A DNA stretch of 64,000 nucleotides from an uncultured Armatimonadetes bacterium (GTDB taxonomy: Bacteria; Armatimonadota; UBA5829). A program made the translations under genes and the position numbers. Under the pieces are notes generated by a model that did not search any database, was not told the origin of the DNA, and was given only the letters and a program-made list of their open reading frames with translations. The stretch covers positions 261,262-325,261 of the forward strand of contig CAVQDB010000004.1 of NCBI GenBank assembly GCA_963711155.1. Reading direction: 5' to 3'. Of this stretch, positions 23,266 through 36,440 are shown in pieces (within the stretch, counting starts at the first letter, position 1; every line of letters begins with the position of its first letter).

Positions 23266-24181
23266 CTATGGCGACCACGGTCCTGGCTCGATCCATCTGG
23301 CCGTGAATGGCGAGCCGGAGCGAAGAACTGCAACTACAGGGGCAAGGAACTCTCTTACGGCCGCTACCACATCACGAAACTCGGCCGGCACAGCATCCGA
23401 TTGAAGCCGTCTTCGGAATGCAGCCCATTGCGCCTGCTTCTCAACCGCAAAACCCTCGGAGAACGCAACGATCTCATCTGGTACTTCCACCGCTCGTCGG
23501 GCGAACGTCCGTCTTACCGCTTCAGCCAGCACCGCACCGTCGAACTCGAACTGGCGGGAGAGCAGCCAGATATCGTAGAAGTCCTTCATCCGGCTGTTCA
23601 ACTCGCCCAGCTTGATCATCGCCTCCAGCTTCTCGGCGATGGCGCTCTCCCGGCTATAACAGAGGACGCGCGGAACGGAGCATGTCGAGCATGAGTCGGC
23701 AGCTCAGCGATCTGCGGTTGTGGGTAGATGGCATCACCGAAGCCGATGTCGATCTGCATGCTGATCCGGGCCGTATCGAGCAGTCCACGGAATCGAACTC
23801 GGACTCCCTCGTAGTCCGCATCCTCCGCGATTCGTTCACTGTGCACAGTGTCGGCATCGAATACAAGCCCATCCGGTTCGACATCAACCGAGAGCACGTC
23901 TCTGACCTGAGCGACGATATCTGTCTCCGCATTGCTCGTTATTCCCATCATGTCGATGTCCATCGTCGGACGGATCTCTGGCGAGTGCCATACGCGCAGC
24001 ATCAAGGCGCCCTTCAGGATGAACTTCTCGGAGTGCCCGGAGACGTCGACAGGCGATAGAGGAAACGCTCCATCGCGTAATACTGCAGCAGTTCGTTGAA
24101 CGGTCGGTTGTCGGCTTTCGCCCTATTGAGGAGGCGCTGCCGGACTGAAGCAGGTATGTTCTTGAGTGGCTTGTCGCTCAC
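23266..24181 (-). CDS. AbiEii/AbiGii nucleotidyltransferase toxin (frameshifted)
   Basis: ASVRQRLLN...LLQYYAMERFLYRL, ILKGAL, RPTMDID, IDIGFGD, AEKLEAM..LGELNSRMKDFYDI. Confidence 0.9.
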
Positions 24182-24795
24182 AGCACTGCCTCGATATACG
24201 GTCTCATCACGGTCTCCACTCGACAGACCTTGGAGCATTTGATGAGTTCTCCAACATTGAACGATTTCCGTGCCTTATATAGCTTCAGCGCTTCCAGAAC
24301 AACGTCCATGCCGAGCTGGTTTCTGAACTTGAAGCAGTCCGCAAGCGTTTTCTCAGGGCTGTAGACCCGCACCGTCACGCTATCTACCACGTGCTCCTGA
24401 ATGCCTTCAGTCAGAGCCTTGCCGGAAAATCGATGAACCGCCAGAGGGGGATACTCCAGCCTCGGTTGTTCCGCGCCTTTCTCGAGAGCTATGGAGACGG
24501 CGTGTGGGATCTGCGTCGTAATGTCGTGAAACGCAAGAGCCGAGACGAGGCAGATGACCGCACGCGGTATACGCGCCGCTACGGTCACGATATCAACGTT
24601 GGAGACAGGCGGCTGATCCGCCAGCCGGTATACCCCGCGCGATATCTGCACGAGATCCCCGGCGTCCCGAAGCTGATACAGGATTCGCGGATGAATTCCT
24701 GACTGGAGGGCATCAGCAGTTCGGATGATCCCATTCCGCTGCCTGATCAGTTGTTTTGCCTTCTCTGCAGAAGAGCATTCGCATCGCTCTGCCAT
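24178..24795 (-). CDS. AbiEi family type IV TA antitoxin
   Basis: LVQISRGVYRL, AVICLVSALAFHDITTQIP, VYSPEKTLADCFKFRN; stop overlaps the toxin start. Confidence 0.92.
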   Translation of the reverse strand: MAERCECSSAEKAKQLIRQRNGIIRTADALQSGIHPRILYQLRDAGDLVQISRGVYRLADQPPVSNVDIVTVAARIPRAVICLVSALAFHDITTQIPHAVSIALEKGAEQPRLEYPPLAVHRFSGKALTEGIQEHVVDSVTVRVYSPEKTLADCFKFRNQLGMDVVLEALKLYKARKSFNVGELIKCSKVCRVETVMRPYIEAVL

Positions 24796-25198
24796 GGACA
24801 GATATTACCTATACTTGTTGGTAGCTAATGGTATTATTGTCCATTATCGCGGAAATAGCAAGTGGAATCTTCCCCCAGTCGCGCATGTTCTGAACTGCTC
24901 ACCCTGATTGGAGTACGACACTTTGCGCGTTTCCCCGGTAAGTAATCATTGGAAGAGGTCTTTGATAGTATCCATTCTGTCGAGTGCGGGAAGAGCGCGC
25001 AATTGGTTCGGCTAAGTGCGGGATTACTCATCGCCTGTTTTCGCTGATGAGTGCTTGCTGGAGCAGGAATTCTCCGCAAATACTGAAGGCCGCCAAAAGT
25101 TGCGAACTCTCGATCTCATGTTTTCATGTATATCATCCGTTTTTGAGATCAACATTTGGCCCAGTGGGAGTCGCATGTTGTCAACGCTTTGTCACGCC

Positions 25199-25217
25199 TA
25201 GCCCCGAAGGGATTCGA
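25199..25217 (-). other. tRNA 3'-end-like fragment, possible att remnant
   Basis: Minus strand reads TCGAATCCCTTCGGGGCTA (T-loop plus acceptor-stem half); no full tRNA present. Confidence 0.4.
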
Positions 25218-25676
25218 GGGAATGACCACATTCGAAGTCGCCTTCGGTGGCAAGCATCGTCATGCCATCAGGCTTGCCGCTTGACGTGGCGCAATATAAC
25301 CAGAACAAGCTCCAGAAACCAAAGGTTGTAGGTTCAGAGCGGGGACCCTCTCCGTCGCTATGCACCAATTGCTGGCCGGGTGGCTGGTTAGGGTGTATCG
25401 TCTGGCGAAGAATGGGAGGCGGGCTGCGCTGACACACACGCTCCGGAGTCTGTGCCGCTCGGTTCGACCTTCGCTCTACCGGGTGGCCGTTCCTGTTCCA
25501 AGTCCAGCTGAGTAAGGCCAACCCGCGCTAGCAACAATCATAGCAAATACGTGACGCAAACACCCAAACATTACCACAAATATCATGCGCGTTTTGGCGA
25601 ACGTATGCTATAGTACCTGCAAATGTTGAGGTGCGTTCTTACCATGGCGGTATCAGACGAAGGGAGAATGCTGTAG

Positions 25677-26780
25677 ATGTGGAAATGGGTTGTCGTCGTA
25701 GTATGTGTCTTGCTTCTAGGGACGGCAGGCTACTGCACCGTCTATGATCAGGTGCGGAAGGATGCCGAGGCGCTGTCGAGATCGGGCCAGAGGTTGGCCG
25801 CCGCTGATCTGCTTGAAAGAGCTATAGGTCAGGATACCGGCCAGGATGCGGAATGGTTGCGGGGATACGTGCTGCTGCTAAGGAGCGCGCCCAAGCCAAA
25901 CATCATCGCTCAGTTCGAGGGAGTCGCCAACGCGTTTCCCAAGTCGGAGCGCACGCCCGATGCGCTGCTGCGCGCGGGCTACCTCCGCGACTCACTCGGC
26001 GATGATCCCGCCCCCGATTGGGAGCGCCTGGCGCGAGACCATCCGAACACGACTGAAGCGGCCGAGGCGCTGCTCCGTCTGGGACATCTTGCTCTGCGCA
26101 ATGGTGATCCGGACACGGCGACCAAGACATTTGAGGAAGCGGCCGCGGTGTCCGGTGCCAGCGCAAGCTGCGTTTCTGAGAGCCAAATAGAGGCCGGCTA
26201 TGCGTGCATAGGCGAGTTCTGGAAGAGCAGGGATGCCAAGTCGCTGACCAAGGCCCTGAAGCTGTTGGCCGCGGCAAAACCAGACGATGCGGCCGCAAAG
26301 CAGAAGTGCCTGCTTGCGCAGGGCGAGGCGCTGCTGCTTCTCGGAGTTCCGATGCAGGCCTTGGTCCGCTACAGCGACGCACTGAAGCTTGACACCAACG
26401 ATTCATATCTCAACGGGGTCGCGGCATTCGAGCTCGGTTGCTGCTATCGCAACATGGACATGCCTGATCGAGCTACGGCTGCCTTCGCTAGCTTCTTGTC
26501 CAAAGTGGCCGGGGATGGGCTTGCGGACAAGGATCACAACTGGCGTCAGGCCAGGCCGGGGTTCATTCAGACAGTCGTCACTAACCCGGAGAAGGCCAAC
26601 TCCCTTAGCGGGCTCGACCTGGTATCGCGGGCCGCGTACTGGCGGGCTGTTGCCCTGATAGAGACAAAGAGGTACGACGATGCGAGGACGGCGATTGCGG
26701 CCGTATCCGCCGCGTTTCCCACTACCGATCTCGCTTCAGAGCTTAACAGCAAGATGAGCGCGACTGCGGAGGGCAAGTAG
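25677..26780 (+). CDS. Secreted TPR-repeat protein
   Basis: Signal peptide; FPKSERTPDALLRAG and HPNTTEAAEALLRLG TPR-like helices. Confidence 0.8.
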   Translation: MWKWVVVVVCVLLLGTAGYCTVYDQVRKDAEALSRSGQRLAAADLLERAIGQDTGQDAEWLRGYVLLLRSAPKPNIIAQFEGVANAFPKSERTPDALLRAGYLRDSLGDDPAPDWERLARDHPNTTEAAEALLRLGHLALRNGDPDTATKTFEEAAAVSGASASCVSESQIEAGYACIGEFWKSRDAKSLTKALKLLAAAKPDDAAAKQKCLLAQGEALLLLGVPMQALVRYSDALKLDTNDSYLNGVAAFELGCCYRNMDMPDRATAAFASFLSKVAGDGLADKDHNWRQARPGFIQTVVTNPEKANSLSGLDLVSRAAYWRAVALIETKRYDDARTAIAAVSAAFPTTDLASELNSKMSATAEGK

Positions 26781-28502
26781 ATGAGAAGACTTCTAGCGTG
26801 CACTGTGACGATGGTTGCCATCCTTGCCGCTGGCACTGCCAGGTGTGACGTCAGCGATGGCGGCCTGGATAACCCCGTATACTACGTCAGCGCGAATCGT
26901 GGACACGACAACGACACCGGCCTAAGCTGGGACCATGCGAAGCTTACTATACAGGCAGCAATAGACCAGGCTGTCTATGACGAGCAGATCCCCGCCCAGG
27001 TATGGGTTTCCGCCGAGGATCTCACCCCTACCGGAACGATCAGCGTGTACCAAGAGAATGTCTACACTCAAGATGGCGTATCCGTGTACGGTGGATTCGA
27101 CGGATACGAGGCTCAGCGTTCCCAACGAAACTGGGCCGAGCACGTGACGGTCATAAAGGGCTGGGTCGCTACCGCGACAATCGTGTTCGATGGGTTTACC
27201 GTAGACGCGGAGTACACGAGCGGCGGCGGAGTCAGCCTGCTGAGCTGGACGCCATCTGCCGCAGTGGTCGCGTGCAGCTACGGCGTTATATCTCACAACG
27301 TGATCTGTGCTCAGACGATGGGCATCTCCGTGGCTGACCAGTCGCACCCCATAATCGTCGATAACCTGATCAAGGGATTCTCCAACTGCGGCGTAGGCGT
27401 GGAGGATAGCAAGGAGTGGCCGGATGGCTGCTATATCGCAAATAACACAATAGTAAGCTGCGAGGCTCCTGACGAGGACAGCTACGGCATAGACATTGAG
27501 GGAAATACGAGCTGCGATTACTACTTCTCCAATGTTGTGTCCGGCCCTACGACAGGCATCTACGACAACCAGCTATACGTCGCCGAAGCCAACGATCTCG
27601 ATACCGAGTACCCTGGCATATCCGGCCAGGACGATGACGGTCCCCTCTTCGTGGACCCGGACGCGGGCGACTACAGGCTTCAGCCCACGTCGCCATGTAT
27701 CGACACAGGCTCTGCTGCGGAGTGGGATATTGTGATGCTGGACCTTAACCACAGTTCGAGGCTTCAGGATATGCCCAACCAGGGCTACGATGGCCTCCAT
27801 TCCCTGGCCATTATGGACAGAGGCGCCTATAGTACCAAGTGCCTCCTGAAATAGATAGAGACCTTCCCGGCGACGGCCTTATCAACCGCGCCGCGGGCGC
27901 CGACAGAGCCAACGTCAGGTGGTCGGACACCGCGACCGGCATCATCTACGGGAGACGATTTCCAGCTTCCGTCCGGAAATTGGATTATAGACAGGATCGT
28001 GACCTGGGCGATTCCGAGCACGCCCGGATACATCCTCTATTACCTCAGTGACTTTTTCGATGGGCTAAGCTTGATAGCAGGTACCATCGAGGACGACGAT
28101 ATCGATGCCATCGTGACCGGGCAGTTTACTGCCCGCAACGAGGTCACCACGAATAGCTACGACAAGACCATCACCGCCACGCCCACGGTCTATGCCGGCA
28201 ACGTCGGTTACGAGGAGGCCAGCGGCTTCTTCAGCCAGGTGTGGAGGCTGGAGTTTGACAATCTGGACTGGCACGTCACCGGCGGAACTTCGAAGAACCA
28301 TGTGTTCGGCGTCCAGGGAACGGCCAAGGTTGACAGGCTGTGGTTCAATGCCGCCAGCTATGGTGTTGCTGGCGGCGATGACCATATAAGGTGCATCGAC
28401 ACCACCGCCAGCCCGCACATGACGGCTACCGCAGTGGATCCGTCCGACTGGTTCGGCAAGGGCTCTGATATCAACGTTCAGGTGTTTGCACATGCGCAGT
28501 AA
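26781..28502 (+). CDS. Secreted right-handed beta-helix protein (DUF1565 / choice-of-anchor-Q-like), frameshifted
   Basis: YYVS...GLSWDHAKLTIQAAI, VSVYGGFDG, NNTIV, PLFVDPDAGDYRLQPTSPCIDTG, DRGAY; continues in ORF 27999..28502. Confidence 0.75.
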
Positions 28503-28507
28503 GGAGG

Positions 28508-31500
28508 ATGCAATGGAGAGGCCACGTAGACGATCAGCGAGTCTGGACCATGATAGTAGTGGTGCTAGTGCTTTCCACCTCGGCGATGTTCACAGCAAGT
28601 GAGTCGCCCATACGAGCTGAATGCGATAGCTGGGCGGATTGGCGGCCGGGGCCGGGAATTGAGCTGAGTCCTTACATCGAGTATGCTCCACCTGGCCAGG
28701 ACCCGACCGGGGACGAGTTTACCGTCTGTGAGGGACCAATCTACAGCCTGAGTGCCAATCCGATCGAGGACATAGATGAGTACCAGACATGCTGGGACGA
28801 GTGCACAATAGGTGGTGTAACCTACCCGGCTGGCTGCGACGGCGAGTGGCATGAGGCAACAAGCCCATACGGATCGAGCGAATCCTACTCAGGTGATGGG
28901 ATCGTCTACGGTTTCGTGTTCAGTCCGGAAGTCGCGGGCCCTGGCGACCACGTGATAGAGTGCACCGTGACCGACAACGGTCCGGCCCCGGACCCCGCCG
29001 CCAACTGCACGTGGACGTTTCATGTCATCCCCTCGGGTCCCCCACAGTGTGAAGCTGGGAACGCGCCGCCAACTCTGGTGATGGTAACTAAGGCCTGTGA
29101 CGGCTACTACATAGCAGACTGGCCCTGCCCGCCTTGCGACTCGAATACGGGCAAGTCGTGCTCTTCCGGAAGCTGTGACGAGACGCCTGAGCCCACCGAC
29201 TATGATCGGGCAGTCGCTGGATGGCAAGGCTCCTGGAGTGCCGGTTCCCATGCCGATACAGCCTGGAAAGCCGGCTGCCCCTGCCCCACCCAGGCAGTGT
29301 CTGCCCTGGTTCCCCGAGTGCCACCCATACGGGCCCTGGGCTATCTCGATCACCATCGCCCCAAACATAGCTGGGCCGCTCAACCCGAATGACACGGTCG
29401 ACTACTGGTCGAACGGCAAGCACATCGAGGGAACGTGGGAGGAGGACGGCACTCTCACTGTCAACGTCACCTATGTAACCGGGGTGATGCTTGTCTTCGG
29501 TGGCCCCGCCCTCTGGGACGGCTGCAACTACCAGGTCCTATCAACGAGCTGGACTACAACCACCGGTGAAACCTACACAGTCACTCGCGGAGACGGTGGG
29601 GTCGTCGAAGAGGTACGTGCCGCCAGGTCCGGCGACGTCTGGGCCGCTTCACAGACTGATGAGGCCCACCCGAAGCGGACTACCGAGATCAAGGATCCGG
29701 ACGAAACGGTAGTCAGAATGGTCTTTGACGACGAGGGAGACTCCGAGCACAACACAGGCAGGCTGACCCAGGTGCTGCATCTGAGCGACGACCCGCAGGA
29801 CCCATCCACGCTGTCGGAGATCCACTACGGCTACGACTACTACGATCCCGGCAACCCACCGACCTACGTAAGCACCGACCCGGAGAGGCTTCGCAGCGTG
29901 ACCTCCGACACGAAAACGACCGTCTATGACTACTATGACGATCTGGAAGACAATGCCAGCCGGATCATCGTGCGCGAGGTCTACCGTGCCCAGGACTGGC
30001 CGGCCACCGCGGATGACGTGTACTCCGAGACCTGGTACGACTACGCCGCGCCCGTCGATGATCTCGCCACTACCACCATCACCAGGAAGGCGCTGGGGCA
30101 GACCGGCGTGGTGGATGATGAGACGATCTACGAGTACTACTGCGGCACCGATGACGCCAAGGACTACAAGATCAAGTCGATCACCAGAAACGGCGAGACC
30201 ACGTCGTACACGTACACCGCTGGCGGCCAGGTCGAGACCGTCACCGATCCCAAGGAGCGGGTGGTCACGTATGAGTACGCCGACAACTCCGACCAGTGGG
30301 AGCCCGTAGTCACAAGCGCGACGCTCGAGGACGCCAGCGAGAACACGTTGGCGGAGTTGTCATACACCTACTACCAGGACGATGGCTACAATCGCTGGCT
30401 CAAGACCCAGAAGGATGTCCGCGGCAATTACACCTACTATGAGCGCGCGGACACCAACCACATGGACAGGGTCACCGGCATCAAGGTGGCCACCGGGCCC
30501 GACGAGCCCGCGAACTGGGCGGCGGAGCCATACGTGGAGTCGTACACTTGCTACGGAGACAGCGATACCCACGGCAGGGCCGGCCAGCTCGCAACCGTGA
30601 CCGTTCCGAATGTGGATGGAGACGATCATGCCTGCGTGACCACTCTGTACTACGACGAGACGGTCGACTCGCAGGCGATGTTCTTCGATACGCCCACCGA
30701 GGTCTACCGAACGAACACATCCGGCAGCTCGGTGCGGGTCGCGACCTACACGCACGACGTGATGGGCAACGTTCTCAGCGCCACGGACGCCGACGACAAG
30801 ACCACGTGGTTCACCTACGATCTGCTGGGCAATCCGATCAGGACGATCTACGCCAAGGATGGTGAGACCCCGACCATCTACACGGAGAACCACTATATGT
30901 CCTGCTGCGGCCTGCTCGATTCGGTCCGCAACGAAAACGGCGACCGGCTGTACTTCGACTACGACAAGATGAAGCGGCCGAACCGGGTGTGGACCGACAT
31001 CCAGGCCCGCGAGTGGGGGCAGGTGGACATCGACGAGGGCACCGGCGAGGTCACGAATGGCTTGGCCTACGACGGAACCCCAGCGGTCACATGCGAATAC
31101 GACAAGCTCGGCCGCATCTACTCCGCGACGTTCTACCCCGACGCGAGCTCCGGCGGCATCACGACAAGCTGCACGTACGATGCCAACAGCCGGGTGACGG
31201 ACATCGACTACCCCGGCGACATCGCCGATACGGACTACGACTACGACGAGGTCGGCAACCTGCTCTACGCCAAGGGCGGGCCGGAGAACACCTACTTCAC
31301 GGCCAAGTACCACCTCCTCGACCGAGTCACCGACATCTATCTCACCGGCCTGGGCACGCTTCCCAACCCTCTGCCGTCGGGGACGGGCGATATTCGGATC
31401 GCGTATGACGGGTCGAGCTACCTCGTCACGGACGTGTATCGGGACAGCAAGCACGTAACCTACTCCTACGACACGTTTGGGCGGCTCAAGACCTACAAGC

Positions 31501-33305
31501 CGACGACCGGCCCGATCTCCGGGGTGAGCCTGTGGTACGACTACAACTCGCTGGGGCAGAAGAAAGAGGTCACGATCAAGGACGGCGTCGGCGCGACCGT
31601 GCACTCCACGACCTACGACTACTACCGCAACGGCTGGCTGAAGTCCATCAACTACGACGGCAGCAAGGTCGCCGAGTATACTCACGACGCAGTCGGGCTT
31701 CTTGCGCAGATCGACTTCTACCACGACGACCCCGTGTTAGGCAACATTGCTACCGGCGCGTATGATGTCTATTCCTACGACACAACCGACCCGCGCAACT
31801 TCCTGAAGACCATCACGATGCACTACAAGGACGCTGGCGGGAATCCCGCGTCGTCGGTCGTCGACTACACCGACGGTAACGGCAACCCGAACGTGGACAA
31901 GGCCGGCAACCAGCTCTCGATGGGCAACCTCGCCGGCCAGTGGACCTACACCTACGACCACGCCGGCAGGATTTCGTCGATCGTCCCCCCGAACCCCGTC
32001 CCCGAGCAGGGCCTCGGCGGCGACTACGGCTACAACTGGCTCGGCCAGCTAACCAACCCCCCCGCCGACCCCAACCACCTCACCTACAACTCCGCCGGCC
32101 TCCTCTCCACCTGGCCGGGGATGTACAGCTACGCGTATAAGGCGAGTGGCTGGCCCGAGCAGGTGAAGAATCCCGCCAGCACTACAACCATTGCCTCACT
32201 CACCTATGACTCGGCTGGGTACCTGACCGGGACCACTTTCGAGGGTGTGACGGCCCAGTACTCGTGGGATGCGGATGGGACGCCTTTGGGCTACACGGAG
32301 ACTGCCGGCGGGTCGGAAACCGGATCGGGGCTCACCAATCGCACGGCTTCCGTACCGTGCGAACAGGTTGAGGACATATCGGGCGATGTAGTATACTACA
32401 TTTGCGACCCGCAGGGCGCAACCATCGCCAGTGTTTCGTCGGCAGGGGTGGTTCACTACCACGCAGATGGAGCTGGACGCATCGTAATGTCTACCAAGAG
32501 CGATGGCAAGGTCCAAGGCACGTACATACACGGCCCCGATGGCAGGATTGCTTCTACGAACGATCCGCAGGGAGCGAAGCGCCTCCGCGGCAAAACGGGC
32601 TCGCACCCGAAGCGGCCCCCTGGGGCTGGCCCAGGGTCGCCAGACATGTCTGCCGTACTCAGGGCATTCAATCAGCTCAAGCCCGGCTCGAAGACGTACT
32701 GGAACTATAACGGCGATGATGGTTGGACACGAGATATTGCTGCCGCCTCGGTCCTGCGTGGTTTCCGTAGCCGGGTATACAAATTGGCAGGAGCCGGTTA
32801 CAAGGGACGGGTGAAGCCGGGAGAGGATATCGGTCCCTGTGCTCACTTCTGCGCCATGTTGGAGGGTAACCCAGAGGATGTCATCGACCTTGGCAGCTTC
32901 CACGTTGATGCGCGCATTGACGGCGACAACATATACTTTACAGCGAAGAACACCTGGAGTAACAACTCCAAGTACGGACTGAACGATTTTCGCAGACTTT
33001 TCCCCCAGCTGCCGACCCTTCCGGACGATCATTGGGTGTACATGAAGTGGGAATGGGTCGAGCACCCTTCGAGAAACTGGGGGGGGCGGTACGGTTATTC
33101 GCCACAGGGACCCGCCACCTGGTGGCCATGGTGGCCGGGGAATCTTATCAGGGGCATAGTGGAAGACCCGATTCTCGGTCCGATTGTCGGGCCTCCCGAC
33201 TTCGGTAAGCCGTGGCCACCCAAGGATGCGGTGTGGCCCGGCACGCCGTATCCCGGCATGCCTATTCCGTGGCCCGTGGATCCACATCATCCGACCTTTC
33301 CATAG
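28508..33305 (+). CDS. Full-length secreted RHS/YD-repeat protein with a Cys-rich N-terminus and a variable Pro/Trp-rich C-terminal domain (one frameshift near 29.2-29.3 kb)
   Basis: Signal-like N-terminus in ORF 28508..29392; many YD repeats in ORF 29175..33305. Confidence 0.85.
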
Positions 33306-33325
33306 ATGCCGACGGAGGTTTGGAA

Positions 33326-33865
33326 ATGTTCGCACATCCTCGTTCCCGGCGCCGTGCGCTCTTGGCGATACTGATAGCCGGCCTGGCCCTGGCGATGGGC
33401 TTGCTCCTAGCCAGCTTCCTTGGTCTACTCGGGCTTATGCCGGTGAGCGAGCGCTCACTGGTTGGCACCTGGGTCGTGCACTATCGGACACAGGAGGGCT
33501 GGCCCGCGGGTACCGATACACTAATCCTCAAGCCGGACAACACGTTCGTACAGATCTGCTTGCCCGAAAAAGGAAAGAAGATCGAGGCGGCGATTGGCCA
33601 TGGCGCCGCGATTGGCCGGGGTCCACTCAAGAAATACGATAGGGTGCGGATTGTTGGCACGTGGCACATAGTCCAGAACCGCCTCGAGACCGAGGGAATG
33701 CTTGGTCCCCCAGAGGATGGTATAGTTGCTGGCAACCCATACGTCAGGACGACCGGCCTCTGCGCCGCGGGATTGCCGGTCTATTGGTACATAAGAGGTT
33801 CTGAGATCTACGCTCGCGGCGACGAGGACACTGACAATGCCGACTACTTTCGGAGGGTAAGGTGA
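33326..33865 (+). CDS. Membrane-anchored hypothetical protein, putative cognate immunity protein
   Basis: GGAGG RBS, N-terminal TM helix, directly after the RHS stop. Confidence 0.55.
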   Translation: MFAHPRSRRRALLAILIAGLALAMGLLLASFLGLLGLMPVSERSLVGTWVVHYRTQEGWPAGTDTLILKPDNTFVQICLPEKGKKIEAAIGHGAAIGRGPLKKYDRVRIVGTWHIVQNRLETEGMLGPPEDGIVAGNPYVRTTGLCAAGLPVYWYIRGSEIYARGDEDTDNADYFRRVR

Positions 33866-33992
33866 ATGGTTCGCACACGGCCGAACCGCCACCAGCAGTA
33901 GCGCTTCTGGTGCTTTGGGACAGGCGCGGCAGGTGAGCGCATGCCTCGGAAGGTTTCTTGACCCGAAGCAAGAGCGACGGATCCAGATTCGT

Positions 33993-34061
33993 GCCGTACT
34001 GGTGGTCCAGCACATCCGCGTGCTGCACCAGTATGGCTGATGCCGACCGAACATTGACGAC
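33993..34061 (+). promoter_or_regulatory. Hairpin plus boxA-like motif, type A copy 1
   Basis: CAGCAC-ATCCGC-GTGCTG stem-loop, then GAACATTGACGAC. Confidence 0.5.
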
Positions 34062-34074
34062 ATGAGGCGAGCGA

Positions 34075-35792
34075 TCTTGTCACCGACGTGTACCGCGACA
34101 GCAAGCACGTAACGTACTCCTACGACACGTTCGGGCGGCTCAAGACCTACAAGCCGACGACCGGGCCGATTGTCGGGGTCAGTCTGGTACGACTACAACT
34201 CGCTGGGTCAGAAGAAAGAGGTCACGATCAAGGACGGCGTCGGCGCGACCGTGCACCCCACGACCTACGACTACTACCGCAACGGTTGGTTGAAGTCAAT
34301 CAACTACGATGGCAACAAGGTCGCCGAGTATACTCACGACGCAGTCGGGCTTCTTGCGCAGATCGACTTCTACCACGACGACCCCGTGTTAGGCAACATT
34401 GCCACAGGCGCGTATGACGTCTACTCCTACGACACGACCGACCCGAGCAACTTCCTGAAGACCATCACGATGCACTACAAGGACGCCGTCGGGAATCCCG
34501 CGTCCTCGGTCGTTGACTACACGGACGCCTACGGCAATCCCAACGTGGACAAGGCCGGCAACCAGTTGTCGATGGGCAACCTCGCCGGCCAGTGGACCTA
34601 CACCTACGACCACGCCGGCAGGATCGCCTCGATCGTCCCCCCGAACCCCGTCCCCGAGCAGGGCCTGGGCGGCGACTACGGTTACAACTGGCTCGGCCAA
34701 CTGACCAACCCTCCCGCCGACCCCAACCACCTCACCTACAACTCCGCCGGCCTGCTCTCCACCTGGCCGGGGATGTACAGCTACACGTACAAGGCGAACG
34801 GCTGGCCTTTCGAGGTCAGGAATCCGTCAGGCACAATGGTCATTGCGGCACTTACGTACGATCCGGCCGCCTATCCGAGCGAGTGCGGTCTCTCCGGCGT
34901 TACGGCAGAGTTCTCGTGGGACGCGGACGGAGCCTTTGTTGGGTACACCGAGACTGGCGGAGGGTCAGAGTGCGAGACAATGCTTAGCGACCCCACGGCG
35001 CCCGATTCCTGTGTCCTGGTCGACAACACATCGGGCAATCCACTATACTATATCAGTGATCCGGAAGGGCAGGTGGTTGCCAGCGTTTCATCTGCAGGCC
35101 AGGCCGACTACCATTCTGATGCCGATGGGCAGTTTCAGGCATCAACCGCAAATGATGGCAGAGCGCAATACAGCTATACTTACGGGCCTGACGGGGAACT
35201 CGTTCCCACAACCGACCCGCAGGGCGGCAACACCGTCTCGGGTGCCATAGGTGTACCCGGAGAACGGGCAACTTCAGTCCCTCGCTTCGTGTTGCTCGAT
35301 TGGGTGGACGATGCCTCCGATTTCTTCGCGGGCTGGGGCGATACGTTAACGTTTGGCGCGACCGGCAGGATACGTATGTGGCTTGGCGTAAATGATGTTG
35401 TTGATGAGGGTTCGGGCTGGTACCTGGGAGGGCAGATCACGGGGATGGCCCACAGCATCGCGTTCGGAGCAGCGGCGGGAGCGCGGGCTGCAGGCACAAG
35501 AGGCGCGGGAAGAGAGTTCTCTCATTTCTGGCCAAAGCGATGGGGTGGTCCACGAAACATATTCAACGGCAATTACGTTGCTCCGGCGCGGCATTATCTG
35601 CACGACGTATTCCGATATCCCCGGGGATGGAGAGATCTGGGAACTCGATTACCTCCTGTCATTGCGCAGCTAGACAGGATTCCCAACTTGTACAAAGGAA
35701 TTGCTGCGGGATCAGCATACGGCGTGTTGGGAAAAGCCGCGAGTGATCGTGAGAACGGCAAGACCATAGACGGTCCGTGCCCGTGTCCTTAG
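34075..35792 (+). CDS. Orphan RHS cassette 1: partial RHS core plus an HNH-like C-terminal toxin
   Basis: Near-identical to the main RHS from LVTDVYRDSKH to TWPGMYSY; tip EFSHFWP...NGNYV...HYLHD; ends GPCPCP. Confidence 0.8.
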
Positions 35793-35879
35793 GGATAGTT
35801 CTTTGTCGGAGTACGCGCAGTTGCCCTGGTGCGGTGAGCACAGAACGAGCCGTGCATATAGCGGAGAGAGGCCGTACAA

Positions 35880-36380
35880 GTGTATAGATTCGGCTTTACA
35901 AGCACTATTGAGGACTTGCTGGATGCTGAGGAGGCCGACGCGAGAGCAAGGACGGGCATTCGCTGCTGGCTTCGCTGGGTGATTGCGGCTGTCGGTGGCA
36001 CGGCGGTTATCCTAGCGCTTGCCACATTCGCGCTAGAGGGATGTGGCTGGTGGCCGGCAGTCTGGCTAGTGCTCGGCGGCTATGCCGCGTACTGCTTTGC
36101 CGTCGCGGGCTACGTCAGACGGTGCCGGATCCGGCGCAAAACCCCATCCTCCCTGGACGTGGTGGCGGAGTTTCGAGACGATGGCCTGGAAATCGAACTG
36201 ACTGGACACGGCATGTATAGACGGGGATGGCATTAACTGCTTAGCTTCACTGATGCCGACAAAGGACTGCTCTTGTACTTTGATGATGGCACTGTGAACT
36301 GGCTTCCCGATCGTGTTTTTGTTGACGGTACGCAGAAGAGATCATTTGTCGAGTTCCTGCGAGACCGCGAGGCTGCGTAA
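35880..36380 (+). CDS. Two-TM YcxB-like protein, putative immunity protein (frameshifted)
   Basis: Two hydrophobic helices, then AEFRDDGLEI...W; follows cassette 1. Confidence 0.45.
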
Positions 36381-36440
36381 GTCTATGTCTGAGCGCAGTA
36401 GTCGGCGTATCTACGGGCGAAGCCAAACGGCCGCTCGGCA

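Noticed and set aside
25275-25350. Intact tRNA gene
   Set aside because: Only a partial anticodon/T-arm resemblance; no cloverleaf or acceptor stem.
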